Shown here piece by piece: positions 40,646 to 54,952 of a stretch of 64,000 bases of DNA. Origin of the DNA: Octopus sinensis (Eukaryota); NCBI RefSeq assembly GCF_006345805.1, contig NC_042998.1:168020001-168084000 (forward strand), read 5' to 3'. The notes under the pieces were generated by a model, which did not search any database, was not told the origin of the DNA, and saw nothing but the letters and a program-made list of their open reading frames with translations. The stretch's first letter is position 1. Every line of letters begins with the position of its first letter. A program made the translations under genes and the position numbers.

Positions 40646-41099
40646 TTGTGTGATGGCTCGGCACACATGGGCTTCACATAGTTCATCTTGATTTGTCTAA
40701 ATGAGCCATCTATTCACTGAGAATCTATCTCTCCTTATCTATTCCTGTCCGAGTGTGTGTATGTGCGACAGAGAGAGAGAGAGAGCGTCGTGTGTGCCTG
40801 CATGTTAGTGTGCAAGTGCATATCTATGTATGATTACTTAGATGTAAATTACACGGATTATGTAGCAGCCGAATTGCAGTTTTCTTCAGCCAAACTTTTA
40901 GTCGAATATGTAAACCATGCGAATGAGAAATGACTACGTGCACTGCGTTTTTCGCTGTCATTTATAGTGCACCAGAAAGGTCATATCCAGAAATTTACAG
41001 AATGTATGCATTTATATGTAATTAACTATTACATACACTCGAATAAAATTTTGAAATATAAGATAGCAACGCAGTAATGTAAAGTTTAGTTAGTATATT

Positions 41100-42010
41100 A
41101 ATTTGAAATTTTGACGCAAGGTTTGTAATTCTGGGGGATACGGTCAGTCGATCTGTCGACTTCAGTGCTCAACTGGTACTTATTTTGTCGACCCAGAAAT
41201 GATGAAGGGCAAAGTATACCTTGGCAGAATGTCATCTCAAAACTTAAAGACGGACAGAATGCGGCTAAGCATTTCGTCCGACGTGCTGACGATCCTGCCA
41301 GTTCACCGACATTACAGTCATACACATTGTTTCTAAATTTTGGCACAAGGCCCGCAATTTCGGGGAAGGATGTAAATCGATTACATCGACCTTGGTGCTC
41401 AACTGGCACTTATTTTATCGATTCCCCCTAAAGAATAAAAGGCAAAGTCTACCCCGGTGGCATTGAACTTAGAACGTAAAGACGGACGAAAAGCCGGTGT
41501 GCTAATGATTCTGCCAGTTCACATGGTCATATATATTAGTACCATGTTCGTATTCTTTTAATTCTATTATACGTTAATGTATAAATTACCTGTGTAAACA
41601 CACATACAATATATTCTTTTCTACTCTAGGCACAAGGGCCAACATTTTTGAGGAGGGGACCAGTCGATTAGATCGACCTCATTGTGCAACTGGTACTTAA
41701 CTTATCGACCCCGAAAGGATGAAGGGCAAAGTCGACTTCGGCGGAATATCAACTCAGAACACAAAAACAGAAGAAATACCTATTTCTTTACTATCCACAA
41801 GGAGCTAAACACAGAGAGGACAAAGGACAGACAAACGGATTAAGTCGATTATATCGACCCCAGTGCGTAACTGCTACTTATTTAATCGACCCCGAAAGGA
41901 TGAAAGGCAAAGTCGACCTCGGCGGAATTTGAACTCAGAACGTAGCGGCAGACGAAATACCGTCAAGCATTTCGCCCGGCGTGCTAACGATTCTGCCAGC
42001 TCACCGCCTT
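41100..42010 (-). mobile_element. Cluster of family C SINEs, including a head-to-tail dimer (41610-42010)
   Basis: Repeated CGACCCCGAAAGGATGAAAGGCAAAGTCGACCTCGGCGGAATTTGAACTCAGAACG; junction AAATACCTATTTCTTT at about 41773-41788. Confidence 0.9.
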
Positions 42011-42301
42011 ACAAACAAAATATATTACTATCAAACTATTTGACAGGAATATCCGTTATTTTAGTATGCACGTTCATGTTTATAAATTTATGCAGATATG
42101 TTTCCCCAAGAGAATTTCGGTACGTAAATCCCCGTACCTGCTGCTTCAGTTATATGTCATTATACAAGTATGTATGAATTCACATATGTACGCATGCGCA
42201 CGCGTGCATGCGTGTGCGCGCGCGTGTGTGTTCGTATATAGATAGATAGATATAAACAGACAAACAATCAGACAGACAGACAGATAGATAGATAGACAGA
42301 G

Positions 42302-42334
<33 letters not shown>

Positions 42335-42348
42335 CAGATAGATAGATA

Positions 42349-42414
<66 letters not shown>

Positions 42415-42881
42415 GTACATTCATACATAGACATACATAAACATGTTCGCATACACGTTGACTCATGTATACTCAAATATTTGAAGCTTTTATTGTCAGG
42501 AACATATATCATACCTAAAACCTATTTCTTTACTACCCACAAGGGGCTAAACACAGAGGGGACAAACGGATTAAGTCGATTACATTGACCCCCAGTGCGT
42601 AACTGGTACTTAATTTATCGACCCCGAAAGGATGAAAGGCAAAGTCGACCTCGGCGGAATTTGAACTCAGAACGTAACGGCAGACGAAATGTTAAATAAA
42701 TATAGGTCCTTCTGCACACGTGCGCATATACATGCTCACCTATGCATGTAACTGTGAGTGAATGTTTTTGTTTCTGTATGTATATCCACAAATGTATACA
42801 TTTGTATTTATATACACATAATTATGATTTGTAACTAAGGAAGGTAATTTCAATGTGTATGTATGAATGTACGTATGGATG

Positions 42882-42990
42882 TCATTATTCAGTTTTATTT
42901 CAAGAATTTTGCCAACAGGGAAAGAACCGGTTTCTAATTTAGATCCAAGGTTCCTTCATTAGAATTTCAACATCAACAACAGGGTATTTT
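42882..42990 (-). mobile_element. Extreme 3' end of the R4/Dong-like LINE next to (TACA)n
   Basis: TCATTATTCAGTTTTATTTCAAG...GGTTTCTAATTTAGATCCAAGGTTCCTTCATT...CAACATCAACAACAGGGT matches 11608-11715. Confidence 0.85.
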
Positions 42991-44216
42991 CGTACGTACG
43001 TACGTACGTACGTATGTATGTATGTATGTATGTATGTATGTATGTATGTATGTATGTATGTATGTATGTATGTATGTATGTATGTATGTATGTACGTACG
43101 TACGTACGTACGTATGTATGTATGTATGTATGTATGTACGTACGTATGTATGTATGTATGTATGTATGTATGTATGTATGTGTATGTATGTATGTATGTA
43201 TGTATGTGTGTGTCTATGTATGCATGTATGCGTACGTTCAGATTTGTATATTTTGTTTTATGTATATATATATGAATGCATGCGTACATGCATGAATGTA
43301 TGTTTGTATGTATGTATGTATGCATGCTTGCATATATAAGTATTAATGTTCGAATGGTTAAATACATATATAAGCTGACAGACGAATGCAGATAACCTCA
43401 CACATATACACAGAACATAAGGCGTCCAAAAACATAGTTTTCGCATATTCTGAATGTCTGCCATCTTTTACATCTTCACCGGTATGCCAAGCTTTAGCTT
43501 TTTCACAAAGCCTGAAGTGACGATATCCGTTGGAACATTTTTTCTCACATCCCCTGAAGGTGAACCCATTTTACAAGCACGTATTCACAAAGTCTGTTAC
43601 CGTATATATATCTGTTACAATCGTCATACAAATGCATTTTAACTATTATTACTATCATTCTTAATATTTTCTTTTCTTAAAACTGACATCCACCGGAAAT
43701 GATAATGACCCCTTATTCACGAACATAAATATATTTAACAATATATACGCTTGTCGTTTTTCCTACCCAACATAACTCCCTCCGTATTGTAGGCTGCCGT
43801 CCGCGTTTCTCTAAGCACAAACTTGTTCTTCCTTTCACTCTTCCTCCTGCACCTCTTTGTTCCCTTCTCTCTACTTTGCTCCCGCTTCCACTTCTTAATA
43901 ATTACTTCGTTCTCATTTCCGCTTTTATTCTTACGCACCTAATTTTGATATTTTCTTTCGCTTTGCTAAAGTCTCTACCAACACAATTATTTACAGTATT
44001 GTCTCTTTTACGTACAATTTATTTTCTAATAACGGTTTTGATATTCACAGCTCGCTTTTGGATATCTTTTTGACTTTTTGCAATAATTATGTACGTAGTT
44101 TGTCTGGTTTGCTTCCTACATGGATTCAGTTCCACTGCGAAGCAACTTGGTCTGACCATACCTTTGTGAATTGATTTGGGGGCCGGAAACTGAGTCCTGT
44201 AATATACATACATACA

Positions 44217-44276
<60 letters not shown>

Positions 44277-44396
44277 ATTCTTGACTGAAGATTAGAGGCT
44301 TCGAATGACCCGTCCGTTTTTTGTGTCGTCTATTTGAGTGTTTTGCGTTCTTGTCCCATTTTGTATTTTTATATATATTTTTATACATATATATAC

Positions 44397-44464
<68 letters not shown>

Positions 44465-44744
44465 TTATGCGGAGTAGACGAAACAGGGACAACTGAAGAA
44501 GGGGAATATTCCTTATGTTGTATGTCTTGTACTCTGTTCTTTCGTTGTTTAAAAAATAGCTCGTTTCCATGTTTTTGTTTTTATGTTTTCATTTATCATT
44601 GTGTTCAACGATTTTTTTTATGTCCTGTACCCATATATGCATGTATATATACATATAGATGTAGGTATGTACATATATGTATGTGTATATGCATATATTT
44701 ATATATTATTTATATTATATATATTATATATATATTATATATAT

Positions 44745-44788
<44 letters not shown>

Positions 44789-45051
44789 TATATGGAGAGT
44801 GAGAGAGGGGGGGAGGAATTTATAACAGTATAAAATATAATTGCAATTAGGGCATAGGAAAACCTACGCCTATATGCTGAAAATAGACGGTAAATCGTCT
44901 AACCAGTTTAAATCATCACCTATTACACACGTTGAAACATTTTATATCATTATAACTCTCTATATATGAATTCACTATAATAGGTCTATTTTATACGCTG
45001 GCCACTGATAAAATTTTAATGATTTTATCCTTTATTTATTATATATATATA

Positions 45052-45089
<38 letters not shown>

Positions 45090-45090
45090 A

Positions 45091-45121
<31 letters not shown>

Positions 45122-45129
<8 letters not shown>

Positions 45130-45550
45130 ATATTTCGGAATGGTCATATTGCCAGTTTAGCCAATAAAAACACACGCACTATATATTTGGTGTTATTTTG
45201 CTTCAGTGATATTTATTTCTTACATTAATCTTAATCTTATTTCGGCCAAAGTTCTTTCGTCACACTCCTGTGACCGCATCAGTGTCCTTTGTTTTCTTCT
45301 CACTTACTTGTGTCTCTCCTTACTAACCGTCAGCCATTTTACGGTTAGTAAGGAGAGACACAAGTAAGTGAGAAGAAAACAAAGGACCACTGATGCGGTC
45401 ACAGGAGTGTGACGAAAGAACTTTGGCCGAAATAAGATTAAGATTAATGTAAAAAATAAATATCACTGAAGCAAAATAACACCAAATATATAGTGCGTGT
45501 GTTTTTATTGGCTAAACTGGCAATATGACCATTCCGAAATATAACAATAT
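45122..45550. repeat. 429-bp near-perfect palindrome (209/210-bp arms, 10-nt loop)
   Basis: Arms 45122-45330 and 45341-45550; one substitution and one 1-nt indel; loop CAGCCATTTT; begins directly after (TA)n. Confidence 0.97.
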
Positions 45551-45603
45551 CTGTTTCAACACACGACTTCACATAAAAAATCTTGCACAACAAATATTTA
45601 AAC

Positions 45604-45665
<62 letters not shown>

Positions 45666-46386
45666 TATACATATATATACATACGGGCGTGTGTGTTTTT
45701 ATTGAGCGAAAACACCTAAAGCTCCACGAGGCTCCGACAGGGGGTGTTGGCGACCCCTGTTGTACTCTTTCGCCACAACTTTCTCTCACTCCTTTTTCCT
45801 GTTTCTTGAGTAACGCTGCGATGGACTAGCGTCCCGTCCAGCTGGTGGGGGAACATATACGCCATAGAAACCGGGAAACCGAGCCCATGAGCCTGGCTAG
45901 GCTCGAAATGGGCGCATAAATAAAAAAAATTCTACTATAGACAAAAGGTCTGAAATTTCGTGGGGCGATGATAAGTCGATTACAACGACCCCAGTACTTA
46001 TTTTATCGACCCCGAATCTTTGAAAGGCAAAGTCGACCCCGGCGGGATTTGATCATAGAACGTAAAGAAGAACGAAATGCTGCTAAGCATTTTGCCTGGC
46101 GTGTTAACAATTCTGCCAGCTCGCCTCCTTATTTTGGCTTACTATTCATGATGATATCAAACAAAGTAGCAATACACGACTCGTGATCGAAACAAACCCA
46201 CTATTGTTTTATTTTCTGTCATACAGACCGTTAATTGAAAACAAATGTTTCACTTACTCTTTCTTTCCTCCCCTGCTCATCTACTTTATTTCTTCGTTTA
46301 CTCACCCATCCCCTTCCTCATCCAGTCCTGTTTCTCCTCTTCTCCTCCCCATCCTGTCTCATGTTAATATATATGTACACAAGCAT

Positions 46387-46424
<38 letters not shown>

Positions 46425-46476
46425 TTATATATTGTATGTATGTGAGTGGGTCTGTGTGTATGCAAGCACGTGCACG

Positions 46477-46513
<37 letters not shown>

Positions 46514-46686
46514 ACACACACACACACACTCACACAACCCACACACTTATCTCTCAACAACTTTATGCTGCAATGCAACGAAATAAAGACTACAATATCA
46601 AATTTAGTTCTTGTCATCTGTCTCTGTCATTCATAATATTCACTAGTTCGTATTTAGGTGGCTATACGCAGACGCACGCACACACA

Positions 46687-46726
<40 letters not shown>

Positions 46727-46893
46727 ACACAAATCCGAGGAGTTAGTCGTGCTTTTTTTAAAAGTAACATGAGGAGCTAAGTCAACCTGTTACTCAATAA
46801 ATACAATTCCAACTACATGTGTTGAGTGCTACTTACGGATCGCTTGTTCTTCACTGGTATATATATATATATGTATGTATATATATATATATA

Positions 46894-46933
<40 letters not shown>

Positions 46934-46949
46934 TATATATATATTAAAT

Positions 46950-47009
<60 letters not shown>

Positions 47010-47222
47010 TATTATATATATATATATATAAGCTCGAAACGTTAAATCGTCCTTCTTTCCTTTCCTGAGCGTCCAATAACACTATACTTGTTCCACGTCC
47101 TCGCGTTGTGTTTTCTCTTTGTTCATGTTTGGATTACTATATAATATACGTGAAATTTATTAATTTATTATTTTATTAAATTAATTATATTCACCCCTTA
47201 TTGTATATGTATATACTATATA

Positions 47223-47275
<53 letters not shown>

Positions 47276-47575
47276 ATATATATATAGCGAGTTCATAAAC
47301 TATCTTTACAATTTATTGCTTTTATTAAAGTTGTGATCCATCAATCACTTCTTTCCAGCTAATGGATCCCACGTAAAAATGATCTGATGTTTTCCAATAT
47401 TCTCTGTTGAGTTAATCTCATTTGTCATGTTTTTTTCTGAATTTGTTTTAATTATAAAGAACACTTACAGACACACTGTATATATATATATTGTGTGTGT
47501 GTGTGTTTATGATGTGTATGTGCGTATGTATGTTGTATGTATGTATGTATGTATGTATGTATGTATATGTATGTA

Positions 47576-47614
<39 letters not shown>

Positions 47615-47638
47615 ATATATATATTATATATATGTATA

Positions 47639-47685
<47 letters not shown>

Positions 47686-47749
47686 TATATATATATTATA
47701 TATAATATATATATATAAAACGGAATATACAGAGAGTTAGTTGAACTCT

Positions 47750-48110
47750 GTGAAAACAATGGCTGGGAGATTATATGCCTTCTATAGAGACCATGTCGTA
47801 ACCAGAGTTCACTCGATCCTCATGAATCTTAGAGTAGCTACGAAGGAAACAAACGATGTTGCCAGAATATTGTCGGAAGCAGCTAAGGAAGCAATCCGTT
47901 CCATCTGGCTCAAGAGAGAGAACGAGTGGTGCAGCAAAAGGAGCATTGAGGATGATAGAAACATCTGGTCCAGAGCCGGGGACTTTTGTTTCCTACATTG
48001 GTGAGTTTCCCGGGACAGCTCTGGTGTGATGGTGAAAAGGTGAAACAGCGTTGTTTCACCACCTGATGAGATATCATTTCCTGCATTAGGAGTCGGACTA
48101 CTGCAGCACC
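47750..48110 (+). mobile_element. HERO-like LINE 3' end fragment
   Basis: VARILSEAAKEAIRSIWLKRENEW resembles the C-terminus seen at 9640-9700 (minus). Confidence 0.5.
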
Positions 48111-49376
48111 CTCAGAACACATATTTACTTTAAATATATTGATGTAAGCTAAAAAAAAATCTTAGTGCACAAATCGCTAATTATGTTGTATCAGGTTATC
48201 CAACAACTGCGATCACCTTCAGCGTCAAAATCTGTTTACGATTACCTCTGCTTTGGCCGAGCCGCAAAAACTCCCAAAATCTTTGGGTGGCTCAGTCTCA
48301 ATTGCTGATAGACAATTGGTATGTTTCTCTTCAACATTCTGCCATTTTGAGTTTAGATGTACTCGGAACCCATTTCGTTATCGGTCTCCCAATAAACCCT
48401 CTTGCTTTCCTTCACATCGTTCTGATAATCCAGCATATCCTTTTGACTTGCTCAGACAAAAGTGAAGTTCTACAGATGGATGGACGTCCTTGAGCGAGGA
48501 ACTTTCGTTATCCAACTTCATTTTTTTCCATCTGGAGCTGTTCATGTTGTTTACTCTTTATTTCTTTTTATACCGTCTCACGTACCAATCCCGAATTATT
48601 TAGTTTATAGTTCAGAGTTTTAAAGCCGCGATCACACCGTTCTTTTAGGGTCAGTAATATATACAATACATTACCTGTCTTTATTTAAGACGGCAGTGTG
48701 TGATTTGAGCGAATTTGATTGATATTATTAGTAATTTGACATATACGTAAGGGTTTCTTCGTTAATACATTCGCACTAAAAGTTTAAAGCTAACGTGATT
48801 TACAGTTTTCTAAAGAATATGTATTTGCTTTAGAGCTCAAGAGAATACATTTTAAATATTTAACGAAAATAATATTGAATACAGAAGGTATGGTGGAATA
48901 GCAAAATAATATTTACCTCTAAAGATATGAACTGTTTTTTAACCAGCGCCGAAAGATCGTAATTAAAACAAATAATTGCATACACAGGCTTGAAATATTT
49001 AGCAGACACAGTCGCAACACACACACACATATACGTGCCCAACTACGAATATATGTATGCACATTTACATAGCCGCTGTCTTTTCTTCTCTTATTTTCTT
49101 TCTTCCGGACAAATGCATAAACCACAACACGCGCACTCACACATACACACACGCATACGCGCGTACACAAACACACACATACATATATATATACATAAAC
49201 ACACACATACATACACTTACACACACGCATGCACGCACATACTTACAACAGACACTTACATACTCACACACGCACACACCTACACGTATACAAAACGTGT
49301 TCTAAATCTATATCTCTATCTATATCCACCTATCTATCAATCTCTCTCTCTTTTTTTCTTTCTTTCTCTCTCTCTC

Positions 49377-49455
<79 letters not shown>

Positions 49456-49504
49456 GTAGGTAGATACGTACATACATACATACATACATACATACATACA
49501 TACA

Positions 49505-49538
<34 letters not shown>

Positions 49539-50647
49539 AACAGGAGTAATAGATGAGATCAATTATCCTTCCATCAATTAAAACAGTATGTTTGTCTCGT
49601 TATGTATATAGCCTCCTGGCGTTAAGTCCACATCTTTCAAACGATGGGTATATAATAATGACTTATAATGACTTTTGTGATGCCCCCAAGTAAGGTAGAG
49701 GAAGTAATTAAGACTGTTTCATTTTTTCTTTTAGTATTAATTATATTTCACTTTTCTTCATTTAACCGCCTGCAATCCACCACCAGCACCACCAGCGCCG
49801 CCGCCGCCGTTTATATCTTTGTTCTTGGCGCATATTTGTATATGAATGCTCTGTTTAGTTGAAGCTAAAACATGAATGCGCGTTGTATTCGTGAAGACAC
49901 AAAATCTTCTAACTAAGAAGTTAGATATCTACTTTCAGCGTATGTTGCTCTCTGCTACAACATTTCTACTCTTCCCAATAAATTAAAGACATTTGAATGC
50001 TTTTTCTTGTTGATTTAATGCAATCTTCAAATCGAGTGTTTGTAATACAATATTGTGGAGGCGCAATGGCCCAGTGAACTATTACGAACTATTACGAACT
50101 ATTACAAGCGAACTATTACGTGGTTGCTTGATACGCTTGAAATAGGAACCAAACATTGCCTCAATCTACTCCCTATTGTCTTAAAAGAAGAGGGTCGCAT
50201 TACTTTAATGTTATCTCACAGACATTGTGTTGAAATAAAGATGAGTTATTAATGGCTGGATTTGTTCGATTTAGGGCTTTAGCAAAAATCAAGTGAAGCC
50301 AATTTGTTTTTCGCAGATCCGTATATACAAATAAAACTTATTCCTTTCTTGTGCTGACGCAACATGTCACAATGACCAGGACAGGAATGCCTTTGATCGT
50401 AGGTCTTCTTATTTCTATGGTCTAATATTCAACAACAACAACTTAATTCGCCTCCCAAACTTCTGTTGTTATTGTTTTGGTCGTCCCAACATTAAAGATC
50501 GAACTAAAGTCGTGGAATAACTTCAGCTGCGATTGAGTTGGAATCTGAAACGTCTGGTAAGAGCTTGCCCATGAGAACTGTGCTTCACGCAAATTTGGTG
50601 TTGGTGTGTTCGTAATTGAAAGTTGTTCTGAAGCTTGTAGATAGTTA

Positions 50648-51067
50648 CTCTTTTACTCTTTTACTTGTTTCAGTCATTTGACTGTGGCCATGCTGGAGCA
50701 CCACATTTTAGTCGAGCAAATCGACCCCAGGACTTATTCTTTGTAAGCCTAGTACTTATTCTATCGGTCTCTTTTGCCGAGCCGCTAAGTTACGGGGACG
50801 TGAACACACCAGCATCGGCTGTCAAGCGATATTGGGGAGACAAACATAGACACAGACACACAAACATATTCACACACACATACATACACACATATACACA
50901 TATACGACGGGCGTCTTTCAGTTTCCGTCTACCAAATCCACTCACAAGGCTTTGGTCGGCCCGAGGCTATAGAAGAAGACACTTGCCCAAGGTGCCACGC
51001 AGTGGGACTGAACCCGGAACAATGTGGTTCGTAAGCAAGCTTCTTACCACACAGCCACTCCTACGCC
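50648..51067 (-). mobile_element. Family B SINE, full length, 6-bp TSD TAGTTA
   Basis: TAGTTA at 50642-50647 and 51068-51073; intact head and (GTAAAAGA)n tail. Confidence 0.92.
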
Positions 51068-51289
51068 TAGTTATTGGATTTTGTTAAGAAGAACGTTGCT
51101 TTGGTATCTGTTGTACCATTTTCTTACAAAGCAAACCAGCATCCTCTGTGGCTAGCTTGCTTTGTAATGAACGTTTTGTTCCTCGACCCCAAGTAGATGT
51201 GTACGACTTTCCAGCAGCTCTTGGCTCGACTATTAAATATTATTGAAATTGTGGTTTTTGTTATCGGTTTCTGATTTTAGCACAAGGCC

Positions 51290-52540
51290 TGAAATATAAG
51301 AAGGGAGTAGAGAATTAGTAGTTTATATGGAGCTCAGTACTCAAATGGTACTTGTTTTATCGAACCCGAAGGGGTAAAAAACAAAATCGACCTCAGCAGA
51401 GTTTCAGCTCCAAACGTAAAGCTAGAAGAAATGCCTCTAAGCATTTCGACCACGCGTTAACTATTCTGCCAGCTTGCCACCCAAACAATAATTAAAATAT
51501 TGATTTCAAATTTTGGTACAAGGCCATCACGTTTTTGGTGGGGAGGGGCTAAGTCGATTTCATCGACCTCAGTGCTCAAATGGCGTGATTTGAGCGTGAT
51601 TGCAGAACGTTAGCGCGCCGGGCGAAATGCTTTCCAGTATTCCGTCTGCAGTTACGTTCTGAGTTCAAATTCCGCCGAGGTCGACTTTGCCTTTCATCCT
51701 TTCGGGGTCAATGAAATAAGTACCAGTTACGCACTGGGGTCGATGTAATCCACTTAATCAGTTTGTCTGTCCTTGTTTGTCCCCTCTATGTGTAGCCCCT
51801 TGTGGGTATTAAAGAAATAGGTATTTATTTTATCGACCTGAAAGGATGAAAGGCGAAGTTGATCTTGGCGGAATTAAAACTTAACGGCAGACGAAATACC
51901 TATTTCTTTACTATCCACAAGGGGCTAAACACAGAGAGGACAAACAAGGAGAGACAAACGGATTAAGTCGTTTATATCGACCCCAGTGCGTAACTGGTAC
52001 TTAATTTATCGACCCCGAAAGGATGAAAGGCAAAGTCGACCTCGGCGGAATTTGAACTCAGAATGTAGCGGCAGACGAAATACCTATTTCTTTTACTACC
52101 CACAAGGGGCTAAACACAGAGAGGACAAATAAGGACAGACAAACGGATTAAGTCGTTTATATCGACCCCAATGCGTAACTGGTACTTAATTATGGACCCC
52201 GAAAGGATGAAAGGCAAAGTCGACCTCGGCGGAATTTGAACGTAGCGGCAGACGAAATACCGCTAAGCATTTCGCCCGGCGTGCTAACCTTTCTGCCAGC
52301 TCGCTGCCTTCGCGAAATAAATAATATCGTTGACACATTTAATATTATTATTGTTGTCTATGATAATAATAATCCTTTCTACTAAAGGCACTAGGCCTGA
52401 AATTTTGGGGGAGTGGACTAGTCAATTTAATCGACCCCAGTGTTTCACTGGTACTTAATTTATCGACCCCGAAATGATCAAAGTTGACCTCGGCGGAATT
52501 TGAACTCAGAACGTAACGGCGGACGAAATGCTTAGCTCGC
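51290..52540. mobile_element. Dense family C SINE cluster: a plus copy (51595-51825) tail-to-tail with a minus-strand multimer (51830-52311)
   Basis: About 175-180-bp units repeated at about 51890, 52070 and 52250. Confidence 0.92.
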
Positions 52541-52584
52541 GACTTATCAAGGATAATAATAATAAAAATAATAATAATAATAAT

Positions 52585-52629
<45 letters not shown>

Positions 52630-53075
52630 AATAATAATAATAATAATGATAATAATGATAATAATAATGCTGGTTTTGTTGAGAGTAATCTTATGCAGGT
52701 AAGCGTTTTGCGAGTAGCATCGGTAATATTGGTGTGGATGGCACTAATGATAGGATCCTTTTTGTTTTGGCTTTTGTTATCAGTTAACTGATTAGTCAGT
52801 GATCATTATCTCTCTGTTTCCTAGCCACACCACTGTACGTTTGCAATTCCCTTGTTTTACATACTCATACACACAAACAACCAAACAAATAAACAAACAA
52901 ACTCTCATACACACACATACACACAGATATTTGAATTTGATACTATAGCTTCGACCTCTATTAACCCCAATTAGGCTTTTGAACTTACTATCACTGTCTT
53001 ATCGCAGCTGTCTTCTTCAAGTCTAACTGAAGTGAAACTTCAGTTTTCTTCGCGTGTCTTTATTTGATATATTTG

Positions 53076-53108
<33 letters not shown>

Positions 53109-54178
53109 TGTATGTATGTATGTATGTATGTACGTACGTATGTATGTATGTACGTATGTATGTATGTATGTATGTATGTATGTATGTACGTACGTATGTA
53201 TATATGTATGTACGTATGTATGTATGTATGTATGTATGTACGTATGTATGTATGTATGTATGCATGTATGTATGTATGTACGTCGTATGTATGTATGTAT
53301 GTATGTATGTATTTATGTATGTATGTATGTATGTATGTATGTATGTATGTATGCAGGTATATATATATATAATAAGTAAATAGAATAAATAAAATTATAG
53401 ACGCAAGCGTACAAAATCATCTATTTTTTTTTATTTAGATAGGAAGTTACATGGTAATTAATTCTTGCTATTAAAAAAAACAACATTATTATTGTGTCGT
53501 TTCTTTTAGCCTTTACAGCTAATGGCTGTTCTAAGGAGCCAGATTTTGTACTCTAATAACGTAGCTGGTAAAAGGTTAAGAATAAACACCACCATTGATA
53601 CCGCCCGCATCAACACTACTAATATTACTTTTAGCAAAAGAATATCCCAAAATGTCTGTCTTATTACTTGCTTGGTAATAAGAGAAACTAAGATGTCGTT
53701 TGCATCTGCGCGAATCATCGACAAAATCCTCAAATCACACGATTGAAACTCAAAAACTGAAACGTTGATCACAAAGGAGTTTTAGACAAACTATGTTTCA
53801 ATAGAAGAGGCGGCCAGCTTTGATCGATGGCTTTACCCAACCACGCAGTACTAAATTAAGAAACAATAAATACTTTATAAAAGGATAAAGACCCTCTTCA
53901 GTCATGAATGACCCTGAGATTGCACCGGGAAAGTTCCCTTCCGAGGTACAGGTTTAGGTAAGGTTATTTATAGAAAACCAGTAGTCACCCATGCTTGCCA
54001 GTCCGCACCTCTTCACGCCATCGATGTCATCCAAGGCAAAAGCAAAAGCCGATACACCTTGGCACCAGTAACGTCGCAGTTCATTTCTACAGCTAAGTGA
54101 ACTGGAGCAACGTGAAATAAAGTGTCTTGCTCAAGAACACAGCGCATAAAATATTTTGTAGCTCTATAAGATTACGAA

Positions 54179-54338
54179 GTTTTTTATGGGATCATTTTTG
54201 ATTTATAGACTCGTTTATCAAATCCCTTCTATATTTAAAGACGAGAGAAACAGAGGGCAGTATCTACCCCAAACAAATACTGCCCTCTCAGCCTTAAATA
54301 TACAAGGGATTTGATAAAGAAATGACCCCATAAAAAAC
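54179..54338. mobile_element. Imperfect palindromic MITE-like element (second partial copy ~56070-56195)
   Basis: GTTTTTTATGGG..TTTATCAAATCCCTT..AGAGGGCAGTAT pairs with ATACTGCCCTCT..AAGGGATTTGATAAA..CCCATAAAAAAC. Confidence 0.75.
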
Positions 54339-54497
54339 AAAAAATCAGTGACAGGCAGTGTCTTCTTGAAATTTGTTGTTACGGCTATACTGTTGTAGGT
54401 ACATGTTCATTGTCTATCTCCTTAACTTCATGATGACTTTATGTATAATTATCCTAATGTGTCCATCTATTCTAATTTAACTAAATTCTATGTCATT

Positions 54498-54592
54498 GTG
54501 CAGCTGAAGATTGGTCTACATTTTAAATTGATGTAGATGTAATGATTGCATTGTTCAATTAAATGGAGTTGTATGAAACGATCGTAATGAAT
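54498..54592 (+). ncRNA. Hammerhead motif with decayed stem I (copy of 55841-55934)
   Basis: CTGAAGA at 54504-54510, GAAACGATCGTA at 54575-54586. Confidence 0.55.
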
Positions 54593-54717
54593 TACCTCTG
54601 GATATCCTTGTTGCTTATTTTGAAATTGTATGGATAGTACCGTACAAAATTCTGGTGCCTCAACTTAAGTACCATATTCATCTTAATCTAAATTTTTGCT
54701 GAACTCATCTACCATAC

Positions 54718-54788
<71 letters not shown>

Positions 54789-54952
54789 ATGTATGTATGC
54801 ATGTATGTATTGTGAATAGATGACGAGGCATTAGCGGAGATTAAACAAACGTAAAATCAGTTCTAAAATGTATGAGTAGTATTTGAATCTGTAAATGCTT
54901 AAGACAAAAAGGTGTTAAAATACCATAATCAGCTCAGAGCGTTCTGTATTGG

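Noticed and set aside
44284-44315. CTGAAGA...GAATGACCCGTC hammerhead-like string, and a similar one at ~14350-14385 (minus)
   Set aside because: GAAA or CUGANGA is broken and stem I is absent. They may be decayed relics but are not supportable as motifs.
48035-48080. GAAAC...CTGATGA as a permuted (type II) hammerhead
   Set aside because: Stem I cannot form and the stem II strands do not pair; it is a simple GGTGAAACA/TGTTTCACC hairpin.
48200-48545. Possible Gypsy pol C-terminal remnant on the minus strand
   Set aside because: Only vague resemblance (KWVP), with no catalytic motifs or LTR pair.
50440-51250. Minus-strand reading frame rejoined after removing the SINE at 50648-51067
   Set aside because: About 85 codons preceded by a stop, with no recognisable motif or splice signals.
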